Position numbers and translations under genes: made by a program. A stretch of 64,000 nt of DNA from NCBI GenBank assembly GCA_049516875.1, contig JBEKSS010000001.1:224001-288000 (forward strand), given 5' to 3'. This DNA comes from Candidatus Bathyarchaeia archaeon (GTDB taxonomy: Archaea; Thermoproteota; Bathyarchaeia; Bathyarchaeales; Bathycorpusculaceae). Below, one piece after another: positions 46,746-57,367 of this stretch (the first letter of the stretch is position 1; every line of letters begins with the position of its first letter). The notes under the pieces were generated by a model. That model saw only the letters and a program-made list of their open reading frames with translations. It ran no database searches and was not told where the DNA came from.

Positions 46746-47915
46746 TTATTTTTCAACCATCTCAATTACCGTTCTAGCAGCGTTTTCCAAGCCGTTGTGC
46801 TTCAGCGCTTCTTCTTGAATCTGTGCAAGTCTTTCGCCAGTTTCCGCTTGCAGACCTCTTTGAACCTTTTCCAGCAGTCTTTCTTTGGTCAGGTATTCTT
46901 GCAGGACAATTTGCGCGACGCCGAGTTTCTGCGCTTGTCTCGCGTTCGTAAGCTGCTCAGTGTGGCTTGGTGTGGGCACGAGTATTACGGGCTTGCCGTA
47001 GCACATGCACTGGGTTATTGTTCCGTGACCAGCACGACCTATTACAAGATCGCAAGCTTTCAGGTATTCGAAGCGGCTAGGCAGCCATTTGTAGATTGTC
47101 ACGTTGCCATGCCGTATGGGTTTGCTGTCGGCGCTCGGGTAGCCGTATGACACCACGATTTCATATTCTTCTGGAAACTCAAGCAGGATTCTCCTGAGAA
47201 TACCAGTTACGAAGGCTTTTTCCAACGTTGGACCGCTTATCGGTGCGAAGATAACCGGTCTGTCTAGGGGCAGCTTCAGTTTTCTGCGCAGTTCCTCTTT
47301 CGTCAGCAGTTCATCCGGACGTTTAGGCAATATCGGGCCTATCAGTGTTACATTCTTTCTGAAGGATTTTGGGATGTTCAGGTTGCCTTCGCATATCGTG
47401 TATGGTTGGGGGAAATCCGGTATTAGAACGGTGTTTCCGCTGGTCCACATTTTTCCAACGATTGCGAGTGCAATGGAGTCAGCCAGTCTTGCCAAGCGCA
47501 GATAGTGTGATCTTCGCGGGGTTATGAGTTGAAACTCGTTCAATATGCAGATTCTGGGGATTCCCAACATTCTGCCTGCCACTAATGGCGAGATTCGGGA
47601 GTCTGAAACGATGACGTCGGGTTTGAAGTGCTGGATGGTCTTCACTTCTGAGTTGACTTGCTTCAGAAGGGTGAAGGAGGCGAAGAAGGGACCCGGGTTG
47701 ACCACTGTTTGTCTGAAGTCAACGCTTCCGTCCGGTTTGACTTGAAAGCCAATTGGCGGGGCCTTTATGAGGGGAAAACCCTCTTGCTTAACGTAGTTTA
47801 TGCCCTCTCGGTAAGTAGAAAACATCATTTCGGCATTCTTGAGTTTTCTTGCTATTGGAATGCATCTTCCAACATGTCCCAAACCGATGCCGCACGGAGC
47901 AAAATAAACCCTCAT
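46746..47915 (-). CDS. MurG-like (GT28) glycosyltransferase
   Basis: GIGLGH, RAGHGT, HTEQLTNA. Confidence 0.88.
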   Translation of the reverse strand: MRVYFAPCGIGLGHVGRCIPIARKLKNAEMMFSTYREGINYVKQEGFPLIKAPPIGFQVKPDGSVDFRQTVVNPGPFFASFTLLKQVNSEVKTIQHFKPDVIVSDSRISPLVAGRMLGIPRICILNEFQLITPRRSHYLRLARLADSIALAIVGKMWTSGNTVLIPDFPQPYTICEGNLNIPKSFRKNVTLIGPILPKRPDELLTKEELRRKLKLPLDRPVIFAPISGPTLEKAFVTGILRRILLEFPEEYEIVVSYGYPSADSKPIRHGNVTIYKWLPSRFEYLKACDLVIGRAGHGTITQCMCYGKPVILVPTPSHTEQLTNARQAQKLGVAQIVLQEYLTKERLLEKVQRGLQAETGERLAQIQEEALKHNGLENAARTVIEMVEK

Positions 47916-47919
47916 CCGA

Positions 47920-48546
47920 CTATTTCCCGCCGAGGGCCTTCTGTTTTATGTCACCTCGTGGTTTCTCTTCTTCGAAGATTATGGCCTGGAACTTGTAGAT
48001 TTTCGTACCCTGTCGAAGCCAGTAATCTGCGAGTAGGCCGGCTTTGTTGCAGCATTGGCACAGAAATTCCTGTGCGTCCCATCCCCACTCAACTGGCACC
48101 TGGGGCAGCAGTAATCCTTTGTAGATGCCTCTCTCAACGATGAGACCGTCCTCTCCGACCGTGATTTTTGTACAGTATTCTCTCGGGTTCTTCACTTCTA
48201 TCAGCTTTGGCGGTGTGAGAACGCTCACCTCGAAGACTACATTTTCAAGTTCGTTTAACGAGAGCGGGGAAAAACGTGGGTCTTGAGTCGCCGCGTTTAT
48301 TGCAGAGTCGATTACCGCTTGCGCCAAAGGCAACGTCGGATAGGGGAAACCGATGCATCCTCTTAATTCCTTTTCTCCTTTCGCTACACTGTTTATTGTG
48401 ACGAAAACACCGCACGGTTGCAGAAGCTTTCCAGACAGGTTTTCTGGTACATCTATGCTTTTCCCTGTTTTCAGGTAGTATTCGACAGCTTTGTGGGCGA
48501 GTTCGACGAGGAATGTTCCTTCTCTTTGACTTAGTTGAAATGACAA
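47920..48546 (-). CDS. AMMECR1-domain protein (TIGR00296)
   Basis: GVFVT, LRGCIG, DPRF, GLLLPQV. Confidence 0.95.
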   Translation of the reverse strand: MSFQLSQREGTFLVELAHKAVEYYLKTGKSIDVPENLSGKLLQPCGVFVTINSVAKGEKELRGCIGFPYPTLPLAQAVIDSAINAATQDPRFSPLSLNELENVVFEVSVLTPPKLIEVKNPREYCTKITVGEDGLIVERGIYKGLLLPQVPVEWGWDAQEFLCQCCNKAGLLADYWLRQGTKIYKFQAIIFEEEKPRGDIKQKALGGK

Positions 48547-48619
48547 CTATGCCTTCCCCCTTAAGGGCATACGCCAGTATGTTGGACGAATGTTTAAGTG
48601 TTTGCAAAAAAAATCTGAT

Positions 48620-49240
48620 TTAGAATTTTGTTGATTCTTCTTGTATTCCGTCTTTAGTTATTATCAGAAAATCTGTTCCATCGCCGCTCATGATGTCCCT
48701 GCTTATGGCGGATTTCATCGCTCTGACAACCAGCTCTTTTGCTTCTTGGGCGCTCATGTTTTCCTTGTATCCTTCTTCTACTACTCCCATGGCGATTTCC
48801 GTTCCTGAGCCTACGACGGTGTATTTGTCAGGCAGCACTGAGCCCAGAGGATCCAGTGAGTAGAGTGATGGTCCTTCGTCGTCTATTCCGCCCACGATTG
48901 TCTGTGTGATTAAGGGGGCTAGGCGCCGGTTGAAGAGCAGGTTTGACATGAGTTTAGCCGTTGATCTCACCGAGATTGGCCTGCCAGCGTCGAACTTGAA
49001 CAGGTTTACATAGGCTTCCACTTCTCTTATTAGAACTTGCATGTCCGAAACCAGTCCAGCGCATGCAGCGCCGATCGTATCTGTTATCTTGAAGACTTTT
49101 TTCCCGGTTTTGCTGACGACGAGGTAGCCGTATGAGACACGTTTTTCAGAGGCCAGAATGACGCCGTCTTTAAACGTTAAGCCTATGGTGGTTGCCCCTG
49201 GAATGAACATGTAACCGTTTTGCTGTGATTGTTTCTCCAT
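48620..49240 (-). CDS. psmB: Proteasome beta subunit (Ala at position 1)
   Basis: PG-ATTIG, GVILASEKR, AGLVSD, VGSG, RDIMSG. Confidence 0.93.
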   Translation of the reverse strand: MEKQSQQNGYMFIPGATTIGLTFKDGVILASEKRVSYGYLVVSKTGKKVFKITDTIGAACAGLVSDMQVLIREVEAYVNLFKFDAGRPISVRSTAKLMSNLLFNRRLAPLITQTIVGGIDDEGPSLYSLDPLGSVLPDKYTVVGSGTEIAMGVVEEGYKENMSAQEAKELVVRAMKSAISRDIMSGDGTDFLIITKDGIQEESTKF

Positions 49241-49321
49241 GTCAGACACCTTTCTCGCTTTTATGCACGGACAACCTATTAAACTTAATGTCCTAAGAAT
49301 ATCTTTAGGGGGCAAGTCGAA

Positions 49322-49915
49322 ATGGTGAGTGTTTACGCGGAAAAAGCTGGAAACGTGTGGTTTGGCGTTGCATTCAGCGGTGAGCGTGTCTATGCGACCG
49401 CATTTGGCTCCAGTGAAAAGTGGGTTCTGCAAAGCTTGAGGGAGAGTGTCCCATCGAATGTTCCCCTCCAACGCGTGGAGAAAACCAAGTTTGCTGAACT
49501 CGTGATTGCCGTCTTGAAGGATGTCTACGATGGAAAATATGTTTCTAAGAATCTTCGGTTCGTAACTGAATACTTGTCCAAATACGCTAAGAGGGTCATT
49601 GAAACCGTCTGTATGATTCCCTCAGGTTACGTTGCTTCTTACGGGGGAGTCGCTCATGCTGCGGGTGGAAGCCCAAGGGCCGTTGGAGGCATCATGGCTT
49701 CAAACCCTTTTGCGCCGCTCTGCCCGTGTCACAGAGTCGTTGGCTCAGATTTCCAGCTTTGCGGCTATGGTGGCGGTTTAGATGTGAAACTGGCGTTCTT
49801 GAAGCGGGAACGCAGAGGTTACTCTTCCAAGAAGGTGATTAATGCGGGCGGCGGGAAGCTGGAGCTGTTTCCCGTTGAATTTGTGTTGGACAGGGTAGAG
49901 AAGGGTAAACGTTAA
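49322..49915 (+). CDS. ogt: Methylated-DNA-protein-cysteine methyltransferase
   Basis: IPSGYVASYG, PRAVG, PCHRVV, YGGG. Confidence 0.93.
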   Translation: MVSVYAEKAGNVWFGVAFSGERVYATAFGSSEKWVLQSLRESVPSNVPLQRVEKTKFAELVIAVLKDVYDGKYVSKNLRFVTEYLSKYAKRVIETVCMIPSGYVASYGGVAHAAGGSPRAVGGIMASNPFAPLCPCHRVVGSDFQLCGYGGGLDVKLAFLKRERRGYSSKKVINAGGGKLELFPVEFVLDRVEKGKR

Positions 49916-49954
49916 TTGAGCTTGTACTCGTAATAACGTGGCTGGTGGCGTTCT

Positions 49955-50479
49955 ATGACTAAACGCGGATTGTATGTTGGAAGATTTCAGCCTTTTCATC
50001 TGGGTCACCTCAGCGCGGTAAAGGCTGTTTTGGAGGACGTTGATGAACTCGTGATTGCCGTTGGTAGCGCACAGTACAGCCACACTACAGCCAATCCCTT
50101 CACTGCAGGTGAGAGGTTGACGATGGTTCGTTTGGCATTGGAAGAGGCGCGTCTGGATAGTAGGCGAGTTTGGGTCGTGCCCGTGCCTGATGTGCACTTG
50201 CACATGCTTTGGGTTTCCGCTCTGGAGGGATACACTCCTAAGTTTGAAATTGTGTATTCCAATGAGCCTTTAACGCGAAGGCTTTTCACGGAAGCTGGGT
50301 ACAAGGTGAAGGCGATTCAGTTTTTCGAAAGGAAGGTCTTCTCTTCGACCGACATCAGGGCGAAGATGGTTGAGGGTGAGAGCTGGAAGAATCTTGTTCC
50401 AAAGAGTGTGGCCGCTTTCATAGCAGAGATAGACGGGGTCAACAGGCTCAGCGATTTGACGAAGAGTGACAAGGCTTAG
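49955..50479 (+). CDS. nadM: Nicotinamide-nucleotide adenylyltransferase
   Basis: GRFQPFHLGH, NPFTAGER. Confidence 0.96.
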   Translation: MTKRGLYVGRFQPFHLGHLSAVKAVLEDVDELVIAVGSAQYSHTTANPFTAGERLTMVRLALEEARLDSRRVWVVPVPDVHLHMLWVSALEGYTPKFEIVYSNEPLTRRLFTEAGYKVKAIQFFERKVFSSTDIRAKMVEGESWKNLVPKSVAAFIAEIDGVNRLSDLTKSDKA

Positions 50480-50558
50480 CGCGCATGTGGGTAAGCAACG
50501 AGATCAGCAACGTCGGATAGAAGGCAGATAGAGGGCTTGCACTTTTTGATTCCAGACG

Positions 50559-51356
50559 TTACGACCGATAAAGCACGACCTCGTCTCCGGCTTCTACGTT
50601 AAAGATGTTACGGGCATTCCCATGATTTACGGAGATTTCGAGGAAGTTGTGGCTTCCGATAATGGCTAGTGGCTGTTGCTTCTCAAGGTCACCATAAGCT
50701 TTGCACAACTTCAACGTTACCTTCTCATTTCTGACCCTAACGGTCACCGAATTTTTCGCTTTCATCGCCTCAAGCTCTCTTGCTCCGAAATTTGTTATTA
50801 TGTTTCCGAAATCGTCCGTGTGAATGACTTGGCCTTCCAGTGAATCTTTTTTTCTGACAATTTTGGCGAATTCTGGCGTTGCCATCTGATGAATCTCCGG
50901 TCCCAGTTCAGCGGGACATATGCCATTTGCCACGTGAGCTGCTGTCGGCGCGAAGATGTCTCTTCCATGAAAGGTGTTGGAAACCTTTGGCAACATGAGT
51001 TCTGGATTGGTTATCCTGTAAACGTGCGTCTCCCCGCCAATGTTCTTCACAGCCAAGGCCAATACGCCGTTGTCAGGCCCAACAAAGCAGCCTTTCTTCG
51101 TCTGTACGATTATGGGCTGTCTCTTTGTTCCAACACCAGGATCCACAACTGCCACGTGAACAGTGCTCTTGGGAAAATATGGAGAGGCTGCGGCTAGGAC
51201 ATAGGCGCCCATCCTCACGTTAAACTTCTCTACATGATGGGTTATGTCAACAATCGTTGCGTTTGGGCTTATGCCCAGAACTACTGCCTTCATCTCCGCA
51301 ACGTAAGGGTCTCTTAATCCAAAATCGGTTGTCAGAGTGATTAGTGGGCAACGCAT
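50559..51356 (-). CDS. SAM hydroxide adenosyltransferase (DUF62)
   Basis: LTTDFG, VVDPGVGT, GPDNG, TFHGRDIF, DDFGN. Confidence 0.95.
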   Translation of the reverse strand: MRCPLITLTTDFGLRDPYVAEMKAVVLGISPNATIVDITHHVEKFNVRMGAYVLAAASPYFPKSTVHVAVVDPGVGTKRQPIIVQTKKGCFVGPDNGVLALAVKNIGGETHVYRITNPELMLPKVSNTFHGRDIFAPTAAHVANGICPAELGPEIHQMATPEFAKIVRKKDSLEGQVIHTDDFGNIITNFGARELEAMKAKNSVTVRVRNEKVTLKLCKAYGDLEKQQPLAIIGSHNFLEISVNHGNARNIFNVEAGDEVVLYRS

Positions 51357-51423
51357 GTTGCTTTATTTATAAATGACACAGGATAATTAGATTTCTACAC
51401 TTCACACAAACCGATGGTCCAAG

Positions 51424-52143
51424 ATGCTTATGTTCAAAAAACTGCGGGCGAGAGAAGTTGCGTTGGCCGCATGCTTCGCCGCCTTGTATGTTGTTCTCTC
51501 TTTCGTGCCCATGTTTCATCTGCTCGGAGCCTTCCAAAGCATAACTGTAGCGGCGATAATGGTGCCTCTAATCGGACTCATGTTAGGAGCCTACATAGGA
51601 GCCTTGTCGGCGCTCTTGGGCGGAATCATCAGCTTGTCCCTCAACCCCAGCCTGTTCTCACCGATGAGTCTAGCAGCAGGAGTAGTCGGGGCTGTATGCG
51701 CAGGCCTACTGTACACGAACAGACGGGCCTTATGTGCCCTCACGTACATGATCCTCCTTCTCATCTTTGGTCTGTACCCTTCGGTCGGGCCTATTTGGAT
51801 CTTTCCACAAGTCATGTGGTTCCACGTAGTGGGGCTCTTCATCCTCATTTCGCCGTTACAATCAACCGCGTCAAGCAACTTCAAATCCGCCAAAGCCACA
51901 AGACTGCTTTTCGCATTCTTTGTGACTTGTCTAGTTTCAACCCTAGCCGGCCAAATCGCAGGCAACATCATCTTTGAAACCATACCCATAACAGACCCAC
52001 GTGGAACTTGGCTTGCCCTCACCTTTGTTTATCCTTTTGAACGCACGATTATCGCAATAATCGCAGCCTTCATCGGTGTACCCTTGTTCGAAGCTTTGAA
52101 GGCGACAAATTTAATCAATGCAACTCAGCGACTGAGAAAGTGA
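51424..52143 (+). CDS. ECF-transporter S-component-like membrane protein
   Basis: ALAACFAALY N-terminal motif, multiple TM helices, YPFER. Confidence 0.72.
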   Translation: MLMFKKLRAREVALAACFAALYVVLSFVPMFHLLGAFQSITVAAIMVPLIGLMLGAYIGALSALLGGIISLSLNPSLFSPMSLAAGVVGAVCAGLLYTNRRALCALTYMILLLIFGLYPSVGPIWIFPQVMWFHVVGLFILISPLQSTASSNFKSAKATRLLFAFFVTCLVSTLAGQIAGNIIFETIPITDPRGTWLALTFVYPFERTIIAIIAAFIGVPLFEALKATNLINATQRLRK

Positions 52144-52271
52144 ATGTTGCACATAGTCTACTGGTAACCGTGCACGCGGATTAGACGAACATGCTGATGA
52201 GAGAAGATGCAAAGAGCGAAGTTAGCAATGACCGAAAGTGATATTAGCCATCTTATCCGAATCTTGGAAGC

Positions 52272-52460
52272 ATGATCTTTGGATCGAGAGTTGCGGGTAC
52301 AGTCATCGTCGGTGTCGGCTGGCTGGCCTTCATCCTGATCTGGCTTGCATTCTACGCTGGAAACTTTGATTTTTGGCAAAACCTAGCTATGCTCTTGGTC
52401 TCTGTGATTGTCGCCATTGGCATAGTTGCAGTAATCTGGATAAAGTGGGCGCTCGGCTAA
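52272..52460 (+). CDS. Small two-TM membrane protein
   Basis: GWLAFILIWLAFYAGNFDFWQNLA. Confidence 0.7.
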   Translation: MIFGSRVAGTVIVGVGWLAFILIWLAFYAGNFDFWQNLAMLLVSVIVAIGIVAVIWIKWALG

Positions 52461-53109
52461 TCTTTACAAACGTCAAGACCGCATCGAGAACGAACAACAA
52501 GGTAAAGAGCGCGCTACTAGTCATGTCTTCGATAGACATCTTGAATGACTGAGGCATACGCATGGGCAAAGAAGAATGTGACCCATGATTCTCTTGCCCT
52601 GAAGTCTTCAGAGCGAGGAAGGGCTGATGAATTGTGAACATCTCTTTTTTAGCGCATCCATTATCGAAAAGTATCATTCAAGAAACTGAGCTTCACCAAT
52701 AAGTAGGTAACTTTTTCCTAACGCCATAGCCACACTAGCATTCCATGGATTCTCTTCTACAGGGCGTCTAACAAATCTCTTTGGCGTTAAAGGCAGGAAT
52801 TTGCCCACAATTGTTTCCTCAAGAACTTTTTCCGAAGGACAACAACACAAAATCGCTAATGCCTTGTTGGCGTTGCATGAGTAACACTCATGGTCTCCTG
52901 GACCACCCACAGGAGCGCGCGCTAATCTAGAAGCAGCAAACGGATTGCATCTGATGCGTTGAGGGAACTAACGAGCGGTGCTGTCAAGAAAAGGTTGAAA
53001 TGATCGTCGTCCTGACACTTTGAAGGGTACATATAGAACTCAGCCGCCGGCATGACTTGTACAACACATATAATTGCTGACAGTAGCCCCGGACGGGTTG
53101 CATGAGTGA

Positions 53110-53526
53110 TCATAACGCTTCTTGAGAGAAGGCTCTGATTGTTTCGTAAACTGATGTTGCCGCGGCAATGCTGATGACTGCCAGTGAGAATATATATTCT
53201 CTTGTTAATGTTGGCGGTCTGAGAAAAACCGCTAGCATCACCAATGAAGTTACCAAGAATATCATGTAGAAAAAATTCCGCGGGATGAGAATTCTCCGTA
53301 AACGGATGAGATTCTCCAAGATTATTCGATCTGCAACATACCCATTCAATTCCTTCTTAATCAGTCCCGCTTCTTCAAGCTTATTAATGTGGTAAAGCGC
53401 AAGGGTGGGACTGCTCAGGTTCAACGCCCTTTGAACCTCGCGGATGCCGACTGGTTTATCATTCTTTAGAATGAACCTGTAAACCTTCAGCGTGAGACCT
53501 CTCAGAACGTCCTTCTGCTCGCTCAC
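53110..53526 (-). CDS. Membrane-tethered HTH regulator
   Basis: GIREVQRALNLSSPTLALYHINKL plus two C-terminal TM helices. Confidence 0.88.
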   Translation of the reverse strand: MSEQKDVLRGLTLKVYRFILKNDKPVGIREVQRALNLSSPTLALYHINKLEEAGLIKKELNGYVADRIILENLIRLRRILIPRNFFYMIFLVTSLVMLAVFLRPPTLTREYIFSLAVISIAAATSVYETIRAFSQEAL

Positions 53527-53656
53527 GGTTTCTCAGTCTCCATATGTAAAGAACTCTTTCACATTATTTGGCTATTGTTGTTCAAAATGTTTGTACAAGT
53601 GTACAAAAACGTAGAATTAAATTTTTCCTTGACCATTCCTTGTTTAGGTGGCGTGA

Positions 53657-54754
53657 GTGAACTCGAAGAAAGAAGTGTTTGCGGCATCACTTCTTGCCAT
53701 AGCTCTTGCGGCAGGACTTGGAACGATAAGTTACGGCTTATTTGCTGAAGCTCCTCCCTCGCAGAAACTTGAAAGTAGACTTGATATTTACACGTCGAAA
53801 GGCGGGATAGGCGTGAACGTGTCCAGCGGAACCTTTGAACCGTTTGATATTGTTCCTGTCTTTGCTTATCTCACTCAGGGAGGCGTCCCGGTGAAGAGCA
53901 GCGAGGTAACTTTTACGATAATGCCACCAAATGGTACAGAAATGGTAAAGACAGCCCTAACAAATGATACAGGTGTCGCTGAAACAGATCTCTCCTTTCT
54001 CCCTCCTGAAGGAGACGTGATTGGAACGTGGCAAATCCTCGCAAACGCCTCTGCGAACAATGAGGCTGTAGATGCCACGCTTACTCTGCAATGCAAGTCG
54101 GAAAACGCTCGAATTGACGTTTTTTCCAGAAGGAATGGGGCTGCCAGCAACTCCTTTCTCCCTCTAGACGAAGTTTTTCTCGAGGCACAAGTATCCTACA
54201 AGAACGCCTCAATCGCTGGCGCCCCAGTTACCTTCGAAGTTAAAACGCCAAACAACACAGAATTTCTTTCGCAAACAGTTCCAACAGACAGCCTCGGAAC
54301 AGCAAACGTCACGTTTCAAATCCCGTCGCCTTCAGACCCCTCCTTAGGCACCTGGCAAACACAAGCAACAAGCGAAATCTACGGTCAAGCACTGAACGCC
54401 ACCACAAACTTTGACTGCAAGCTCCTGCTGCCTGTGATAGACGTTTACACCCAAAAGGGCGGAGAGGGACCAAACATACCAGCCGGAACCTTCACACTCA
54501 ACGAAACAGTGCTTCTCTATGTTGAAGTCCGGGACCAACTCAATCACACTATACCCTACGAACTTGTGGCTTTTGAAGTCAAACAGCGTGATGCAAGTAT
54601 TGATATCGCGAGGAGCGGGACAACAAACGTCTCAGGAATTGCATACATAACCTATGACCCAGCATATGCGGGAACTTATGAAGTCTACGTAAGTGTCGAG
54701 TACAATGGAACTATACTCCTTGACACCCTAACCTTCACAGCCCAACAACCGTAG
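53657..54754 (+). CDS. Exported protein with three Ig-like repeats
   Basis: Signal anchor and repeated DxY/F...VTFxxxxPNxT...TxxxGxA units. Confidence 0.8.
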   Translation: MNSKKEVFAASLLAIALAAGLGTISYGLFAEAPPSQKLESRLDIYTSKGGIGVNVSSGTFEPFDIVPVFAYLTQGGVPVKSSEVTFTIMPPNGTEMVKTALTNDTGVAETDLSFLPPEGDVIGTWQILANASANNEAVDATLTLQCKSENARIDVFSRRNGAASNSFLPLDEVFLEAQVSYKNASIAGAPVTFEVKTPNNTEFLSQTVPTDSLGTANVTFQIPSPSDPSLGTWQTQATSEIYGQALNATTNFDCKLLLPVIDVYTQKGGEGPNIPAGTFTLNETVLLYVEVRDQLNHTIPYELVAFEVKQRDASIDIARSGTTNVSGIAYITYDPAYAGTYEVYVSVEYNGTILLDTLTFTAQQP

Positions 54755-54823
54755 TCACCGCCCCCCGTACACTTCTCACCCAATGAAAACAGCTGCAAGC
54801 AATTGCATCTGTAAGTGCGCGCT

Positions 54824-55594
54824 TTAGTTTCTGAATGTGTTCATGAAGATACATTCTTTGAATGGCATCATCATTTCTGCGGAGCCGTGGACGTCGTCGT
54901 CGAAATCTACAGGAGCATCTTTGATAAGCACGACAGGAGTTTTCTCGGCGGCTTCACCCATAAGCAAATGAGCAGCAGAAGCCAAATCGTCTGCAACCGC
55001 GTGTCTCGTAATCATTATAGGCCTTCCGTACAGGTCCCTCTTCCCCCTCCACTCTCTTATCGGGTTGAAACCTGCAACCGCCAAAGCCAACCCAACAGTG
55101 CCTATCCGCAACGGAATCAGGCCGCTGTCAACGACCATAACTGCAACGCGCCTCCCTGTCTTGCGGTTGATTTCTTCCCTAAAAGGCTTCAACCATTCCA
55201 CAAGATTTCTAGGCCACAACACTGCGGAGCCAATGGGCGCGTTTTTGTTGTCAATACCGGCATTTGCTGCCATAATATTGTCCTTAAGCGTTAGGACAGC
55301 CTTCTCAACACCTCCATAAACCTTCTCTGCTTCAACCAGAACGAGTTCAGCAAACTCTGGCTCCAGTGAATACTTCTTTGCTAGCCTCCTGGCCTCCTCT
55401 GAAGGTCTAACATCCCCTAGCTTCACAACACGACCTTGCGAGTATGATACGATTTTTGAAGCTAAGGCCAGTACATCATTGCCTTCAAGCTTTAGCTTTC
55501 GTTTCTTCAGTGAGCCAAGGACCACGCCAACCAAGTTGTCGCCAGGTTTCACGACACGTGTTTCAACGGCGTATAGTCGCATGATGTCTCTCAC
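54824..55594 (-). CDS. cofE: Coenzyme F420-0:L-glutamate ligase
   Basis: VKPGDNL, SKIVS, ANAGID, DLYGR, ADDLASAA, MGE. Confidence 0.92.
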   Translation of the reverse strand: MRDIMRLYAVETRVVKPGDNLVGVVLGSLKKRKLKLEGNDVLALASKIVSYSQGRVVKLGDVRPSEEARRLAKKYSLEPEFAELVLVEAEKVYGGVEKAVLTLKDNIMAANAGIDNKNAPIGSAVLWPRNLVEWLKPFREEINRKTGRRVAVMVVDSGLIPLRIGTVGLALAVAGFNPIREWRGKRDLYGRPIMITRHAVADDLASAAHLLMGEAAEKTPVVLIKDAPVDFDDDVHGSAEMMMPFKECIFMNTFRN

Positions 55595-55875
55595 CCTCCG
55601 TGTACAACCGGAACGAAAACCACTTCGTCTCCGTCTTTAATCACGGTTTCCAAACCGTTTAGGACGCTTATCTCCTTTCCATTCACGAGTACAAGCATGT
55701 TCATTTTCGGGCTTTTGAACTCCGGGTCAATCAGCGCTTGTTCTAGTCTAGGCGCTTCCTCAACAACCTTCTTGACAACTTCTCTGAAAGCAACGGCCTT
55801 TCCAAGCTTGAGCGAAAGCCTGCTTTTGCCAGAAAGACTGCGAAAAGAACCAATAAATTTCACGTCTACGGTCAT
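55591..55875 (-). CDS. MoaD/ThiS/SAMP ubiquitin-like protein
   Basis: VLVNG, DGDEV, C-terminal HGG. Confidence 0.92.
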   Translation of the reverse strand: MTVDVKFIGSFRSLSGKSRLSLKLGKAVAFREVVKKVVEEAPRLEQALIDPEFKSPKMNMLVLVNGKEISVLNGLETVIKDGDEVVFVPVVHGG

Positions 55876-55894
55876 GTTATTCCTTCCTCTGGTT

Positions 55895-57271
55895 TTACAA
55901 GACCACTATCACGCACACATCATTGACATTTGTGCCCGTAGGTCCAGTGAAGAGGAGATCGTTCAGCTTCGAGAAGAAACGATACGAATTGTTTTCGGCC
56001 AGAAACTTCTCAGGGGCCAATCCCATTCCCAATGCTCTCTCCACTGTTTTTCCGTCCGCAACTGCTCCCGCAACGTCAGTTGGACCGTCTACACCGTCCG
56101 TGCTCAAGGAAGCAACTACTACCCCGTCAGACCCTTGGAGTTTGAGAGCAGCGGCCAAAACTAGTTCCTGATTTCTTCCGCCTAACCCTTTCCCCGTGAC
56201 GGTCACGGTTGTTTCTCCACCGGCAACTATACCCGCGGGTTTCGGAACTGGATTCCCAGACGCTGTGACTTCCTTGCCTATAGCCGTCAACATGACGCCA
56301 ACGTGACGCGCTTCGCCTTCCAACGTCGCGGTCAACAAAAGCGTGTTCAAATCTGCCGATTTCAACTGCCCACAGGCTGCCAAGCTTGACGATCTGTTAT
56401 TTCCCACGACAACATTGCAGACATTCTTGAACGCTTCATCATCAGCCTTAGGAGTCTCCTGAACAAGTCCCTTTTCACCCTCTGACAAGACATTTCTAAT
56501 CGACTCTGGAGCTTTAGCCCACAGACTGTACTTTTTCAAGACTTCTATGGCGTCGTTGAACGTTGTCGAGTCCGGAACAGTCGGGCCTGAAGCTATGAAG
56601 TCAAGTGGGTCGCCCACAACATCGGAAAGGATGAGGTTCAGAATCGTCGCGGGATAAGCCTTCTTGGCCAGCCAGCCGCCCTTGAAATCTGAAATGTGTT
56701 TTCGCACCGTGTTAACTTCGTTAATCGTTGCTCCTGACTTCAGCAAGGCCTGTGTCATTTCCCTCTTGTCTACTAGTGAAATGTCCCCGCGTGGCAGAGG
56801 CATCAGACTCGAACCGCCTCCTGAAATCAGACAGATAACCAAGTCGTCCCTTTCTGCACGTTCCACTATGTTCAGCATGCCCCGCGTTCCTTCAACTCCT
56901 GCCTCGTCTGGAACGGGATGACTCGCCCCATGAAGCTTGATTTTACTCGTTTTGTTCTTAGTGCCATGAGGAACGTTGACAAGCCCGCCTGTTATCCGCT
57001 TGCCCAGAATCCCCTCAAGCGCTTCGGCCATTGATCCGCTCGCTTTGCCGCCGCCTACAACGTAAACATTCTTCAGTTTCTCCAAATTGAAAGAGTGCCC
57101 ATCAACCCTCAGCTTCGAGTTCTCGAGGAGAAGCTTGGATTCGAGCATCCGTTTTGGATCAACCGCGTTCAGGGCAGCTTCAAGACTTTCAAGAGCCAAT
57201 TTCCTCGCTTTCTGGTTGCGCCGAGTTTCACCGTTCTCGATAAGCTTTCCCTTGTTCTTTATTGCAATCAT
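55895..57271 (-). CDS. gck: Glycerate 2-kinase (MOFRL family)
   Basis: GGGKAS, SHPVP, ISGGGS, KGG, GGETTV, GGRNQE, TGTNVND. Confidence 0.94.
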   Translation of the reverse strand: MIAIKNKGKLIENGETRRNQKARKLALESLEAALNAVDPKRMLESKLLLENSKLRVDGHSFNLEKLKNVYVVGGGKASGSMAEALEGILGKRITGGLVNVPHGTKNKTSKIKLHGASHPVPDEAGVEGTRGMLNIVERAERDDLVICLISGGGSSLMPLPRGDISLVDKREMTQALLKSGATINEVNTVRKHISDFKGGWLAKKAYPATILNLILSDVVGDPLDFIASGPTVPDSTTFNDAIEVLKKYSLWAKAPESIRNVLSEGEKGLVQETPKADDEAFKNVCNVVVGNNRSSSLAACGQLKSADLNTLLLTATLEGEARHVGVMLTAIGKEVTASGNPVPKPAGIVAGGETTVTVTGKGLGGRNQELVLAAALKLQGSDGVVVASLSTDGVDGPTDVAGAVADGKTVERALGMGLAPEKFLAENNSYRFFSKLNDLLFTGPTGTNVNDVCVIVVL

Positions 57272-57367
57272 CCGAATGGCCCATTGTAATTTCTTCAAAG
57301 GTTAATGCGTAAGTGTAATAAGTCAATACTAATAAAGAATTCCGCAAATCAATGTCTGGTGAACCAT

